DNA of 64,000 nucleotides from Candidatus Bipolaricaulota bacterium (GCA_030603215.1 JAUVYF010000001.1:9257-73256), one strand, 5' to 3'; shown: positions 39,834 to 49,907, counted from the stretch's first letter. The notes: a model not told the origin generated them from the sequence alone. A program made the numbers and translations.

Positions 39834-40871
39834 TCAGGAGACGATCTGCGTTAACCTTCCTTGCTGCAGGCCCTCGCGGATCTCAAGCGCAATCCGGCGT
39901 CCGGTGGACATCTCACCGGCAAAATAGTATCGTGAATAGGGAGACCCAGCAGGGTAGAGGTTTGTCCCGGCAACGATGCGCGCGGAAAGCTCAACCGCGA
40001 CGAATTTCATGTTGTCCTGACACACCATCTCCAAGCAGAACGGACCGATCAACCCAGGGGGGAAGAGGCGCTGCGAGGAAGCGACCAATCCCTCGGCGTC
40101 GGACAACAGTTGAGGGAGGAGCGACTCCCGTACCACCAGCGGTCGGTTGCCCACCACCACGTAGGAAGGGGAACCGTCGATGAACTCGCGGTAGCGATAG
40201 AGCTCATCGATGTTGGTCTCATCGCGGCGATCGATCCCCAAGATCTCCACCCGGTCGCGCATCTTAGAATAGAAGTAATGTGGGTAGTAGCGGGTCCCGA
40301 TGAGATATTCCTGAAACGTGTACTGATCGATCATTGCTTTATCGAGGTTCTGTTGTAGCTCCTCGCGATTCGCCGCGCTGATAAGGCCCGCTCCTCCCTT
40401 TGCTCCGGAGAGCTTGGCGATCACTGGGCCATCGACGGCAGCAAGATCCGGGTAGTTCCTGGGAACAGGGACCCCGGCCGATACCAACCACTCCCGCTGC
40501 TTGCGCCGATCCGTCTCCCAGTTGAGTACGGTTTTGTTTCCGAAAACAGGGACCCGCAGGCGATCCAAAATCGCCTGCGCCCCTACGTACTCCACAAAGG
40601 AGCCGTGTGGTATCAAGATCGCGTTCTCCGCCAACAGCTCCTCCTGAACGTCATCGGTCAGCAGATCGGAGAAGCGTTCGACCACGATCAGCCGATCGGG
40701 AGAAGCAAGGGGAAACGAAGAATAGAGCTTAGCGCGCGCTTGCGTGCAGACAAGAACAGTGCGAAACCCCTCTTGCCGCGCCCCGTGGATGATCTGCAGA
40801 GCGGAGTGGGAACCGATGGTGGCGATAGCTATCTTGTCCTGATTATAGCTAGCGATTACCTCACTGTTCAT
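39834..40871 (-). CDS. purP: PurP-family ATP-grasp enzyme (5-formaminoimidazole-4-carboxamide ribotide synthetase, archaeal type), paralog 1
   Basis: The internal Met at 40871 overlaps the upstream gene's stop (ATGA). MNSEVIASYNQDKIAIATIGSHSALQIIHGARQEGFRTVLVC... matches the PurP N-terminal domain (DUF1246), and the C-terminal ATP-grasp-like region matches DUF1297. Confidence 0.75.
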   Translation of the reverse strand: MNSEVIASYNQDKIAIATIGSHSALQIIHGARQEGFRTVLVCTQARAKLYSSFPLASPDRLIVVERFSDLLTDDVQEELLAENAILIPHGSFVEYVGAQAILDRLRVPVFGNKTVLNWETDRRKQREWLVSAGVPVPRNYPDLAAVDGPVIAKLSGAKGGAGLISAANREELQQNLDKAMIDQYTFQEYLIGTRYYPHYFYSKMRDRVEILGIDRRDETNIDELYRYREFIDGSPSYVVVGNRPLVVRESLLPQLLSDAEGLVASSQRLFPPGLIGPFCLEMVCQDNMKFVAVELSARIVAGTNLYPAGSPYSRYYFAGEMSTGRRIALEIREGLQQGRLTQIVS

Positions 40872-41965
40872 GTCACGATCTCCCCGAGGCGACTTTCTTC
40901 TTTCGCCCGCAGGATCTCCATCGCCACCCGCCTTCCTGGCCCAACCTCCTTCATGTATTTGTATTTCATGTACGGTGAGGTGGTCTCCACACACGGGCAG
41001 CCAGGGACACGCGGGCTGACATCGAAGATCACGAACTCCAGCTCCTTGGTGATCGCCCCTTGCAGGGCGAACAGCCCGACCATCCCCGGCGGATACTCAC
41101 GCTTACAGGCGTCGACAAACCGCCTCCCAGAAGCGAAGATCTTGCTCAGTTGCGACTCGCGCAGGGTGGCCCCCATATGGCCGATCTCCACGTTCTGCGG
41201 CCGGAGGTCGATCGCCAACTGCTGCGCAGCGGGGAGGTGAAGGAGACCATCGAGGTCGGTCTGAATGCGGCGGTCGAACCCAAGGAGGTCGATCTCGTCG
41301 CTCAACGGAGACCAGAAGAAATTGGCGTTTAACAGGGCGCCGACCACAAACTCCTCGATCACTGCATTAGCTAGTCCCTGCTCGCTGATCCGTCCCTCGG
41401 TCAGCGCTCGCTCGGCCGCGGCGCGAAACGACTCCGGGGAGGTGGCGAAGAAGAACGCCCGTTCTAAGGGTCGATCCTTCTCCTGTGCCTTGACGATCAC
41501 CAGGCGGTCGATCTCATCACTGTTGGCAAAGGGTTTGGGCCGACGCAGACCGGCCTTGTCCAGCAGGTAGTACTGATCGCGGGGAACGCCCCGCTCCTCG
41601 CTGCGGAGCAAGAACCGATTTCCCATGATCGGAACGCGAAACTCGTTCTCGATCCGGTCGTAGCCCACATAGCAGGAGAAGGAGCGGTTGGGGACGAACA
41701 GGGTGTTAAGCGAGCGCAGCCGTTCCTGAATCTCCGGCTCCCCCAGGTCGCGGAAGTGTTCGAGGACGATGACATGGTCGAACAAGTTGCGGTACTCCTT
41801 CTCGTACACCGCCTCCCGCCCGCGCTCGCACACCACTACCGTCTCCAACCCTTCTTGCTTTGCCCCGTAGCCGATCTCCAGTGCGGAATGGGAGCCGAGC
41901 ACTCCTACTCGCACTTCGTTGGAATAGGACGAGACAATCGCTTCAATATCGCTCTTCTCGATCAC
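40868..41965 (-). CDS. purP: PurP-family ATP-grasp enzyme, paralog 2
   Basis: ...VRVGVLGSHSALEIGYGAKQEGLETVVVCE... has the same architecture as paralog 1. The two are clearly diverged from one another. Confidence 0.75.
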   Translation of the reverse strand: MIEKSDIEAIVSSYSNEVRVGVLGSHSALEIGYGAKQEGLETVVVCERGREAVYEKEYRNLFDHVIVLEHFRDLGEPEIQERLRSLNTLFVPNRSFSCYVGYDRIENEFRVPIMGNRFLLRSEERGVPRDQYYLLDKAGLRRPKPFANSDEIDRLVIVKAQEKDRPLERAFFFATSPESFRAAAERALTEGRISEQGLANAVIEEFVVGALLNANFFWSPLSDEIDLLGFDRRIQTDLDGLLHLPAAQQLAIDLRPQNVEIGHMGATLRESQLSKIFASGRRFVDACKREYPPGMVGLFALQGAITKELEFVIFDVSPRVPGCPCVETTSPYMKYKYMKEVGPGRRVAMEILRAKEESRLGEIVT

Positions 41966-43422
41966 TTGACTTCCTCCTGTGGGGACAACGATTTTCCTGC
42001 TAGGCCGCTCTCCACTCGCCGAAGCGTCTGTCCGCTTTCTTCGATCGCCAGTTCGGCGAGCTCGCGCGCGTAACCAATATAGCCGCTCGGGGTGAGGCGG
42101 GCCAGCTTTCCCTCAGCCAGGCTCAGCCCTTCGACAAGGGCGGCGAATCCGGCCTCATCGATCCTCTCCCCGTTTATCCGGGCCTTCACCCTCTCGAAGC
42201 CGTCAACCACCCCTTGCCGGCGCAGCGCAATCTGAGCCGCTTCGGCCAACACCTCAAAGTGCCGAGACAGATCAGTCGCTATCCCCTGCTTGTGCGCCGA
42301 AATCTTTTTCAATCCGCTTTGGAGGCGCTGGTAGGCGAGCAGACCGTGGGCAAGCGCGGTCCCGATTGTCCGTCTTACTGTCGATCCGGATAGGTCCCGC
42401 TGCAGGCGGGAACGGGTGAGGTAGTTCGCCAAGAAGCACAGGTCACAGTTCGCCTTAGCCAGGTTCCCTTCACTATTTTCGAAGTCGATCGGGTTCACCT
42501 TATGGGGCATGGTCGATGATCCGACCGCCTGTTTCCCGTGGGAAAGCCGCAGATATCCCAGGGACAGATAGAGCCAGACGTCGACGGCAAGATCGAGGAG
42601 GACGTTGTTCACCCGCGCCACGGCGGTAAGCAACGCGGCCAGCTCATCGTTTCCCTGCACCTGGGTGGTGACCGGGCTCGGTTCGAGGCCTAAATTGCGG
42701 ACGAAACGACGGGCAAACTCGATCCAATCAACATCTGGATAGGCGAAACGATGGGCGTTGAGGTTCCCCGTTGCGCCGCCCAGCTTGCCGGGCAGTCGCT
42801 GCCGGGCCAGCTCTTCGATCCCGTGACTAAGCCGCAACAGATAGACGGAAAACTCCTTTCCCAACGTGGTGGGGCTCGCTGGTTGACCGTGCGTATGCCC
42901 GAGCATGGGAAGCGCCTTGTACTCTTCCCCGAGGGCGCTCAACCGGTCTGCCACCCGCAGGAGAGCGGGGAGGATGACCACCTGCATGGCGCGGTGGATC
43001 AGGCGGCCGTAGGCGAGGTTATCGACATCCTCCGAGGTGAGAGCAAAATGGGTCCATGCGTTGAGCCTAGCCAATCCGACCGCGGTTAGCCTCTCCCGCA
43101 GGTAGTACTCCACCGCCTTAACGTCGTGTGCGGTCGGCCCGATTCCTCCTCTTCCCGCCCGCTCGATCTGGGATACCGCAGCGGCATCTTGTATGGAGAA
43201 TTGGCGATAGATTCCGTGAAGCGCCCTTTGCTCCTCATCATCGAGGGAGAACGGGATCTCCTCCACCTCTCTTAGGGCAAGGAGATACTTCACCTCGATC
43301 GTCGTCCGTTCCTTAATCAGAGCGTACTCGGAGAAGTACTCTTCAAGGACGCGAGTGTGGTTATCGTAACGTCCATCGATCGGCGAGATCGCCTTAAGCG
43401 CGTCTATATCGTCCACAGTCAC
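41962..43422 (-). CDS. purB: adenylosuccinate lyase
   Basis: A 486-aa protein of the fumarate-lyase superfamily carrying the signature GHTHGQPASPTTLGKEF. Confidence 0.9.
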   Translation of the reverse strand: MTVDDIDALKAISPIDGRYDNHTRVLEEYFSEYALIKERTTIEVKYLLALREVEEIPFSLDDEEQRALHGIYRQFSIQDAAAVSQIERAGRGGIGPTAHDVKAVEYYLRERLTAVGLARLNAWTHFALTSEDVDNLAYGRLIHRAMQVVILPALLRVADRLSALGEEYKALPMLGHTHGQPASPTTLGKEFSVYLLRLSHGIEELARQRLPGKLGGATGNLNAHRFAYPDVDWIEFARRFVRNLGLEPSPVTTQVQGNDELAALLTAVARVNNVLLDLAVDVWLYLSLGYLRLSHGKQAVGSSTMPHKVNPIDFENSEGNLAKANCDLCFLANYLTRSRLQRDLSGSTVRRTIGTALAHGLLAYQRLQSGLKKISAHKQGIATDLSRHFEVLAEAAQIALRRQGVVDGFERVKARINGERIDEAGFAALVEGLSLAEGKLARLTPSGYIGYARELAELAIEESGQTLRRVESGLAGKSLSPQEEVK

Positions 43423-43453
43423 TCCTTCTAAACTTAGCTTAACTCAACGAACC

Positions 43454-45322
43454 CTATGAACCCAATGGACTCGACCATTCTTCAAGCTCTCCTACCAGCT
43501 TCTCCAGCTCGCGGGCCGCGAACCACTTTCTTCCTAAATAGCGGTTAGCCACCGCGCGGTAGACCGCGGCACACAGGTCACGAAATTCTGCGGGAAGAGG
43601 AAGGGGAGAACAAGTACAACCCTCTTGCCATCCCGGTCGGCCGGCGTGCGCTCGCTTAGCCTGGGTCACCGCTTCCACCCATTGCGGATTGTTACTCCGG
43701 TGGTAATTTCGCAGGACCTCTTTATTCACCGGGTGACCGGAGAATTGAAACCGGTTCTCATCCGGTGTCCCCACCACGTCGCAGACGATGATCTTCCCAT
43801 GGCAAACAGCAAATTCCAGTTTGCCATCGGCAATCTCCAGTCCTTGTTTCCTCGCTTGTGCGGACAGGATCTCTTCCACTTGCAGAGTGATCTCCTCCAT
43901 CTCACGAAAGAGAGCCTCGCTCACCCCAGAGAGCCGCGGTGCCTGTTCCCGGTCAAGGGGGCGATCGTACCCCTCCAGCTTGGTAAAGAACTCGACCATT
44001 GGATGAGGTAAAACTACCTCCTCCTCCGGCCATATGGCATGGTCGAGACCGAGCGCACCCGGGGTGTAGCGGGTACGCAGCGATGAGCCGCGGGGAACGG
44101 TGCGGCGATAGATCACCTCCAGGGGAACCAGAAAATCTCTCCCCGCCTCATGGAAGTAGCGCGGGTAGTCATAGCCACTGCCCGTCCATACCAACGGCGG
44201 CCGGTTGACCACCGTGATCGCCATCTCCGCGGAGGCATGCGCTAGCTCATTGTAAGGGACGGTCCTCCCTGAGGAGCGCACGCCGCGGTAGTGAGTGGTG
44301 ATGCCGGCGCGTTTGAGCGTCTCAAAGTTGTAGGCGCTCATCATGCACAACGACGCCCCTTTCCCGGGCAGAAGATCGGGCATCGCTCCCCAATCGAACA
44401 CCGAATAGCGATCGGTGAACAGGAAGCTTCCTTCCCCGGCACCGCTTGTTGTGGGAGGTTTGCTGATCGCCAATCGCTTGACCGAACCGACGGTAACGGC
44501 GGGAAAATGGTCCCCAGATCCTATCTCGTCGTTTATGTTATACCCTCCTCTGACCTCGCGGCCAAAGGCGACCAGGCGCGCTTTCTCCCCTTCCCCTTCG
44601 AGTCTAAAGTCCCTATTTGCCAGGTGACGAAGGGTGGCTAACAACAGCGGCAGTTCCCCACGCACCTCCACCTCGCGAATCTTGTTTACTAGCGGGTTTG
44701 TCTCGTACTCGGCAGCCTTGATCTGAGAGAACGGCTCCGTTATCAGCCTCCGCTGGCACTCCTCCCACAGGGATGCAAACCCCTCGCTACGCAGGGAGAC
44801 GGTGAAGTAGGAGATCGGCAGACCGGCATCCCATGCCGGGGTAGCGAGATGGACCTGGGCCCCGGCCACTTCTGCCTGTTCCTCGGCCAGCTTCCACATC
44901 ACCTCGCGCCAGCTCCCCTGGGGACCACCAGGCGGAGCTGGGTGGAGGTTGAACAGGTGGTAACGGCGAGAGAATTCATCGCTGGTGAACAACATGTACC
45001 CCACGAGCAGGATGGCATCGAATTGATATCCACTGATCAGGTTCACGATCTCGCGGTGATACAACACCCGCCAGTGCTCCCGATCAGTGCAAAAGAGCTG
45101 CGGCCGAAACCGGCGGGCGGAGAAGGGGATGATATCCATCTCCGGGCCGACGATCTCTCGCAGCCGGGGGGCATTTCCCGGCTCATCAAAGGCACAACTG
45201 GTGAAAACAAACGGGACATTTGCTTCTAACCTGCCTTCTCTTATTTCGGTGAGGATCCTTTCCACCAGTTTGATCCCGTTCTTTCCCCCGAACGAGCCGA
45301 AGATCCCGAAAGAATAAGTCAT
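43454..45322 (-). CDS. purC: bifunctional-looking fusion: an N-terminal formyltransferase-like (PurN/Fmt-fold) domain joined to a C-terminal SAICAR synthetase (PurC)
   Basis: The N-terminal ~230 aa read ...FDAILLVGYMLFTSDEFSRRYHLFNLHPAPPGG...AQVHLATPAWDAGLP, which parallels the PurN segment AGFMRILS...LLNIHPSLLP...HFVTDELDGGP with the Asn/His/Asp positions conserved. The C-terminal half reads DRYSVFDWGAMPDLLPGKGASLCMMSAYNFETL, matching the PurC DRISAFD...IPxKG region. Confidence 0.65.
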   Translation of the reverse strand: MTYSFGIFGSFGGKNGIKLVERILTEIREGRLEANVPFVFTSCAFDEPGNAPRLREIVGPEMDIIPFSARRFRPQLFCTDREHWRVLYHREIVNLISGYQFDAILLVGYMLFTSDEFSRRYHLFNLHPAPPGGPQGSWREVMWKLAEEQAEVAGAQVHLATPAWDAGLPISYFTVSLRSEGFASLWEECQRRLITEPFSQIKAAEYETNPLVNKIREVEVRGELPLLLATLRHLANRDFRLEGEGEKARLVAFGREVRGGYNINDEIGSGDHFPAVTVGSVKRLAISKPPTTSGAGEGSFLFTDRYSVFDWGAMPDLLPGKGASLCMMSAYNFETLKRAGITTHYRGVRSSGRTVPYNELAHASAEMAITVVNRPPLVWTGSGYDYPRYFHEAGRDFLVPLEVIYRRTVPRGSSLRTRYTPGALGLDHAIWPEEEVVLPHPMVEFFTKLEGYDRPLDREQAPRLSGVSEALFREMEEITLQVEEILSAQARKQGLEIADGKLEFAVCHGKIIVCDVVGTPDENRFQFSGHPVNKEVLRNYHRSNNPQWVEAVTQAKRAHAGRPGWQEGCTCSPLPLPAEFRDLCAAVYRAVANRYLGRKWFAARELEKLVGELEEWSSPLGS

Positions 45323-45359
45323 AGCACCTCCAAGTTAACGTCGGGCGCAAGACCCGACA

Positions 45360-46589
45360 CTACAAAACCATGGTAGCGTCGCACCTTGCCTGCCTGTGCC
45401 GGAACACCGGACGGACGTGCGACACAGCTTCACCTTTTGCATCCTGAACTTTACTCCCTACTCTTAGCCCCTGCGCTCCTGAGGAAAGGCCATATTCCAA
45501 CTGAGATCCCTGTTTTCCTTTGCTCTTTACCCGGATCATTGGCTGGGGTGTGATCTTTCCCGCTACCTTGCCCTCGATCCCTTTCTCGCGGGCAAAGGCA
45601 AGCACCTCCTGCGGCTCGTCGGTGATAATCAGGTGAGAGTTTCCCATGTTCCACACCTGGTAGGCCGCACGATCGGAAACCGTACCCCATTCCTGCAACG
45701 AGAGGAACTCCGGTTGTGGGGGATAGAGATTGTCAAGGTCTGCACCCAGGCCGCGTCGGCGCAGGATCCGCGCCAAGTTACCCGGGATTCCACCGCCAGT
45801 GACGTGGACAATCGCATGCACCGAGGCGCGGGGATCGCTATGGTAGCCGCCCCACAAATCGACAAGAAACGGGGTGAGGATGAGGGACGGGGTGAGGAGC
45901 CTCTCTCCCCAGGAGCCCTTGGTCAGCGGCTCCTCGTACCACCGCTCTCCCAATCGCGTGGTCAGTATTCGTCGGGCCAGGGTGAGGCCGTTTGACCTGA
46001 TTCCGCGGCTGTGCACAGCGATGATCGTGTCCCCAGGAGCCAGGGTCGAGCCATCGAGCAGCTTTCTTTCCTCGACAATGCCGATCACATCGGCATTCCA
46101 AATGTAGGGACTATCGCTTGTTCCGCGCACCTGTTCCCCAAGCTGAGCGATCTCCCCCCCGACCATGGCCACCCGCGCTACCCGACAGGCGCTTACCAGG
46201 CCGGAGAAGAGCTCGGAAACGAGGTCGGAATCAACAGCAGCGACGTCGAGACAGTTGGTGGCGGCGAACGGCTCTGCACCGACAGCGGCAGCATCGTCGG
46301 CAACCATCGCCATCAGGTCAAAAGCCATGGTGTGGTGTCGGTTCATCAGTTGGGCGATCAACACCTTGCTTCCAATTCCGTCGCTGTTCTTGACCAGATA
46401 CCCATCACCACCGGGGAGGCGAATCGGGCCGGATGTACCGTCCGTCAACGGGTAAGGAACGCCGAACCGCCCATCCCGAAAGGGAAAGGTAGCCTGGCTT
46501 GCTCGATAGGCAATCTGCGAGCAGAGCTCTCCTGCCTGCTGCGCCGCGGGGCCACCGGCATCCGGGAGCGAGTAGCGAGTCTTATTCAC
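45360..46589 (-). CDS. purM: phosphoribosylformylglycinamidine cyclo-ligase (AIR synthetase), with a ~60-aa Lys/Gly-rich C-terminal tail
   Basis: The PurM/AIRS N- and C-domains are present (...DGIGSKVLIAQ...MVGGEIAQLGE...). Confidence 0.85.
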   Translation of the reverse strand: MNKTRYSLPDAGGPAAQQAGELCSQIAYRASQATFPFRDGRFGVPYPLTDGTSGPIRLPGGDGYLVKNSDGIGSKVLIAQLMNRHHTMAFDLMAMVADDAAAVGAEPFAATNCLDVAAVDSDLVSELFSGLVSACRVARVAMVGGEIAQLGEQVRGTSDSPYIWNADVIGIVEERKLLDGSTLAPGDTIIAVHSRGIRSNGLTLARRILTTRLGERWYEEPLTKGSWGERLLTPSLILTPFLVDLWGGYHSDPRASVHAIVHVTGGGIPGNLARILRRRGLGADLDNLYPPQPEFLSLQEWGTVSDRAAYQVWNMGNSHLIITDEPQEVLAFAREKGIEGKVAGKITPQPMIRVKSKGKQGSQLEYGLSSGAQGLRVGSKVQDAKGEAVSHVRPVFRHRQARCDATMVL

Positions 46590-47361
46590 CTTCCCTCCCG
46601 GCGCTGTAATCGGCCATCCCCCGGAATATGGCGTAGCCTGGTCCGTAGCCTGACGTTTTTCCTCTGCGGGTCCAACTCGCGCCTTGATACCAATAGAAGG
46701 CCCGTTCGGGATGGGGCATCATCCCGAAGACATTTCCCTGTTGGTTGGTCAGCGCGGCGATGTCATCGAGCGAACCATTAGGGTTATACGGATATTCAGC
46801 TCGAGCACCGTCTGCCCCGACGTAGCGAAAGGCGACCTGCTTTCGTTCCACAAGTTTCTCCCACACCTCTGGCGGGGCGAGGAACCTCCCCTCAGCGTGA
46901 GCAACGGGAAGCTCGATAATCTCTCCCGGCTTCAGTCCGCGGGTGAACAGGTTATCGTTCTCCCGCCGCACCTGCACCGTGCGGCACTCAAAGCGGGCGG
47001 AGGCGTTGCGGGCGAGAGCCACCCGGGGGATGGCATCCTCTCCACCGGGGAGAATCCCCAGTTCCACTAATATCTGGAATCCATTGCAGATGCCAAGGAC
47101 GGGATAGCCATCAGCGATGAACCGCTGCAGTTCTGGGAGGAGAGAGCGAAGATAGGAAGCGAAGATCGCTCCGCTGCGCACGTAGTCCCCCGCGGAAAAA
47201 CCTCCCGGGATAACGAGCCCCTGAAACTCCGTCAGCCGACTCTTTCTTGCCAGGAGATCACCCACATGCACCAGATGTGGCTTAAGCCCCACCTGAGAAA
47301 GGGCGTGCATCGTCTCCGCTTCGTTGTTTGTCCCCTCCATCACCAGGACACAGACGTTCAT
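46582..47361 (-). CDS. purQ: FGAM synthase, glutaminase subunit
   Basis: MNVCVLVMEGTNNEAETMHA...GGFSAGDY...ICNGFQIL shows the class I glutamine amidotransferase catalytic Cys context. The start at 47361 overlaps the purL stop. Confidence 0.85.
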   Translation of the reverse strand: MNVCVLVMEGTNNEAETMHALSQVGLKPHLVHVGDLLARKSRLTEFQGLVIPGGFSAGDYVRSGAIFASYLRSLLPELQRFIADGYPVLGICNGFQILVELGILPGGEDAIPRVALARNASARFECRTVQVRRENDNLFTRGLKPGEIIELPVAHAEGRFLAPPEVWEKLVERKQVAFRYVGADGARAEYPYNPNGSLDDIAALTNQQGNVFGMMPHPERAFYWYQGASWTRRGKTSGYGPGYAIFRGMADYSAGREGE

Positions 47362-49673
47362 CTGTCCTCCCGAAAGTACTTGGTCAATCCCTTTGCCCAC
47401 GCTTGCCGGGCCTCCTCCACCGCAATATCGATCAGTGCTGAGCTATCAGCGATGCGGATTCGCTCTCCTTTGGTTACCCCGATCTGCCGCACTGAACACT
47501 CCCGGAAGACGGCGCGAAATCTCTTTTCGTCCTTGGGTGCCACCTCGACGATGAACCGGGAGTGCGACTCGGAGAAGAGCTTCACCTCACTTGGCAACTC
47601 AGCGAGGGAGGTAAGATCGACCGCGCACCCTATCCCACCGCCGAAGGTGAGCTCGGCAAGGCATACCGCGATCCCTCCTGCGGAGACGTCGTGCGCCGAG
47701 CGGATCACGCCTGCCCTTGCCACCTGGACCATGGCGGTGCAGTTGCGCCATAGCTCGTTGGGATCGACCCGGGGCAGGGACGAGCCCTCTTCCCCGAGAA
47801 GGGCGAGGTACTCGGAACCAGCGAGTTCAGCGGTCGTCTTTCCGATCAGGAAGAGAAGGTTCCCCTTCTCCTTGAGGTCGGCGGTGAGCGCATTACGGAT
47901 GTCATGGATAATCCCCACCCCAAGCAGGACCGGAGTGGGAGGGATCGGGCCAAGGGCGCTTTCGTTGTACAGGCTCACGTTTCCGCTGACAAAGGGAACC
48001 CTGATCTGCCGAGCGACGAAGTTGAGCCCGCGTGCCACCTCTTCCAGCTCCTCCATTCGCCCAGGAAAGTGGGGATCACCCAGGCAGAGCGAGTCAGCCA
48101 GGCTGTGGGGCAGGGCACCGGCAGCGGCGAGATTGCGGCAGACCTCATCCACTGCCCCTGCCGCTCCCCAAAACGGATCGCGCTGGGTAAACCTGGGGTT
48201 GACATCATTGGTTATCGCCAGGCCGATGTTGGAGTCCGGTCGCGGCTTGATGATCACCGCATCGGCTGGGGAATGAGTGACCAGCTTTCCTTGTAGCGGC
48301 TTGGTCACTGTGCGTGCCCCGACCTCATAATCGTACTGGCGAATGACAAACGACCGACTGGCGATGTTCTCCCCCGCCAGCAGATCGAGGAGGACCTTCC
48401 CGTAATCCTGTGGCCGCGACAGAGGATGAACCTGTCTTGCTTGTTTACGTGATGATCTACTAGCGGGAATATCTTTCCACCGGTATTTTTTATTAGGAGG
48501 ATTAAGGAGAAATTCAGTGTCCAGGCGACCGACCTCCTCTCCATGATGGCAGACGACCACCTGCGGGGGCTCGATGACCCGACCGATCTGGCGATACTCG
48601 ACGCGCCAGCGCTCGAAGATCGCCCCTATCTCCGGTAGGTGCTGCGGGGAGACAGCGAGGAGCATCCTCTCCTGGGATTCGGAGATCCAGATCTCCCATG
48701 GGTCCATGTCCTCGCGCAGGTGCACCCGGTCGAGATCGATCTTTGCCCCGAGGCCGGCGGCGGCGACCATCTCCGCCACCACACCGGAGATCCCCCCCGC
48801 TCCCAGGTCCTTCATCCCCGCGACGAGACCGCGCTGGTTCGCCTCCAGGCAGGTATGCACAAGCGGTTCCTCCGTGATTGGGTCCCCCAGTTGCACCGCG
48901 GAGCGATCCTCGGTCTCGCTCTCCTCGGACAGGGTGGCCGAGGCGAAGTTGGCTCCGTGGATCCCGTCCCGCCCTGTTCTTCCGCCAGCAAGGATCAGTA
49001 GCTCGCCTGGCTTGGTCACCCGGCTGTGCACGATCCCCTCCCGCCTGACGATCCCGATGCAGCCGACGTTGACCAGACAGTTCGTCAGATAGCCGGGGTG
49101 GAAGGCGATCATCCCCGCACAGGTAGGAATCCCCATCCGGTTTCCGTAATCCGATATCCCCTGCACTACCCGTTCCATGAGGTAACGCGGAGGCTTTGTC
49201 CCTGGAGGGATGTCCGTTAATGGTGTAGCCGGTGAGGCGAAGAACAGTCCGTCGATGAGGGCGATCGGGAGAGCCCCCATACACAGGACATCCCTGATCA
49301 CTCCCCCCACACCGGTGGCTGCCCCGCCGTAGGGCTCGACCGCTGATGGATGATTGTGCGATTCCAACGCCACCACGTAGGCGAACTCATCGTCCAGCCC
49401 CACCACTCCAGCATCCTCCATGGTGATGATCTCGGTGTCACTGGGAATACCGATGATGTAGCGGCGCAGAAGCGGAGCCGAGGTCTTGTACGAGCAGTGC
49501 TCGCTCCACGCCTGGCCGAGTGCCTGTAGCTCAAGCTCGGAGGGAGCGCGGTTGAGCCGTTGAAAGTAAGCCTTGATGCAGCGCATCTCCTCGCGATTCA
49601 ACCCGAGCGCCAACCGCGCCAAGATCCGATCGAGCTCCTCGTCCGGAACCTGTAGGTCTATCGTCCGGTTCAT
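47358..49673 (-). CDS. purL: FGAM synthase II, large subunit
   Basis: A 771-aa protein with tandem AIRS-like domains, in the purS-purL-purQ arrangement typical of Firmicutes and archaea. Confidence 0.9.
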   Translation of the reverse strand: MNRTIDLQVPDEELDRILARLALGLNREEMRCIKAYFQRLNRAPSELELQALGQAWSEHCSYKTSAPLLRRYIIGIPSDTEIITMEDAGVVGLDDEFAYVVALESHNHPSAVEPYGGAATGVGGVIRDVLCMGALPIALIDGLFFASPATPLTDIPPGTKPPRYLMERVVQGISDYGNRMGIPTCAGMIAFHPGYLTNCLVNVGCIGIVRREGIVHSRVTKPGELLILAGGRTGRDGIHGANFASATLSEESETEDRSAVQLGDPITEEPLVHTCLEANQRGLVAGMKDLGAGGISGVVAEMVAAAGLGAKIDLDRVHLREDMDPWEIWISESQERMLLAVSPQHLPEIGAIFERWRVEYRQIGRVIEPPQVVVCHHGEEVGRLDTEFLLNPPNKKYRWKDIPASRSSRKQARQVHPLSRPQDYGKVLLDLLAGENIASRSFVIRQYDYEVGARTVTKPLQGKLVTHSPADAVIIKPRPDSNIGLAITNDVNPRFTQRDPFWGAAGAVDEVCRNLAAAGALPHSLADSLCLGDPHFPGRMEELEEVARGLNFVARQIRVPFVSGNVSLYNESALGPIPPTPVLLGVGIIHDIRNALTADLKEKGNLLFLIGKTTAELAGSEYLALLGEEGSSLPRVDPNELWRNCTAMVQVARAGVIRSAHDVSAGGIAVCLAELTFGGGIGCAVDLTSLAELPSEVKLFSESHSRFIVEVAPKDEKRFRAVFRECSVRQIGVTKGERIRIADSSALIDIAVEEARQAWAKGLTKYFREDR

Positions 49674-49906
49674 TCCTTAAGCTCCAGAATCCGGTAATCC
49701 TCGATCACCGGGTTAACAAGCACCGTCTCACAGAGCGCTTTCACATTGGCCGGTGTCGCTTTCTCCAGTTCAATCTCGTACATCTTTCCCACGCGTATTG
49801 CGCCGGTACCAGCGTAACCAAGCAGAGTGAGGGCTTGTTTGATCTTTGCCCCCTCGGGATCGAACACCCCCTGTTTTAGGTGGACGTAGATCGTCGCCTT
49901 CCCCAT
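49670..49906 (-). CDS. purS: FGAM synthase PurS subunit
   Basis: MGKATIYVHLKQGVFDPEGAKIKQALTLLGY...VRVGKMYEIEL is the PurS consensus. The start at 49906 lies immediately after the purF stop. Confidence 0.85.
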   Translation of the reverse strand: MGKATIYVHLKQGVFDPEGAKIKQALTLLGYAGTGAIRVGKMYEIELEKATPANVKALCETVLVNPVIEDYRILELKE

Positions 49907-49907
49907 C

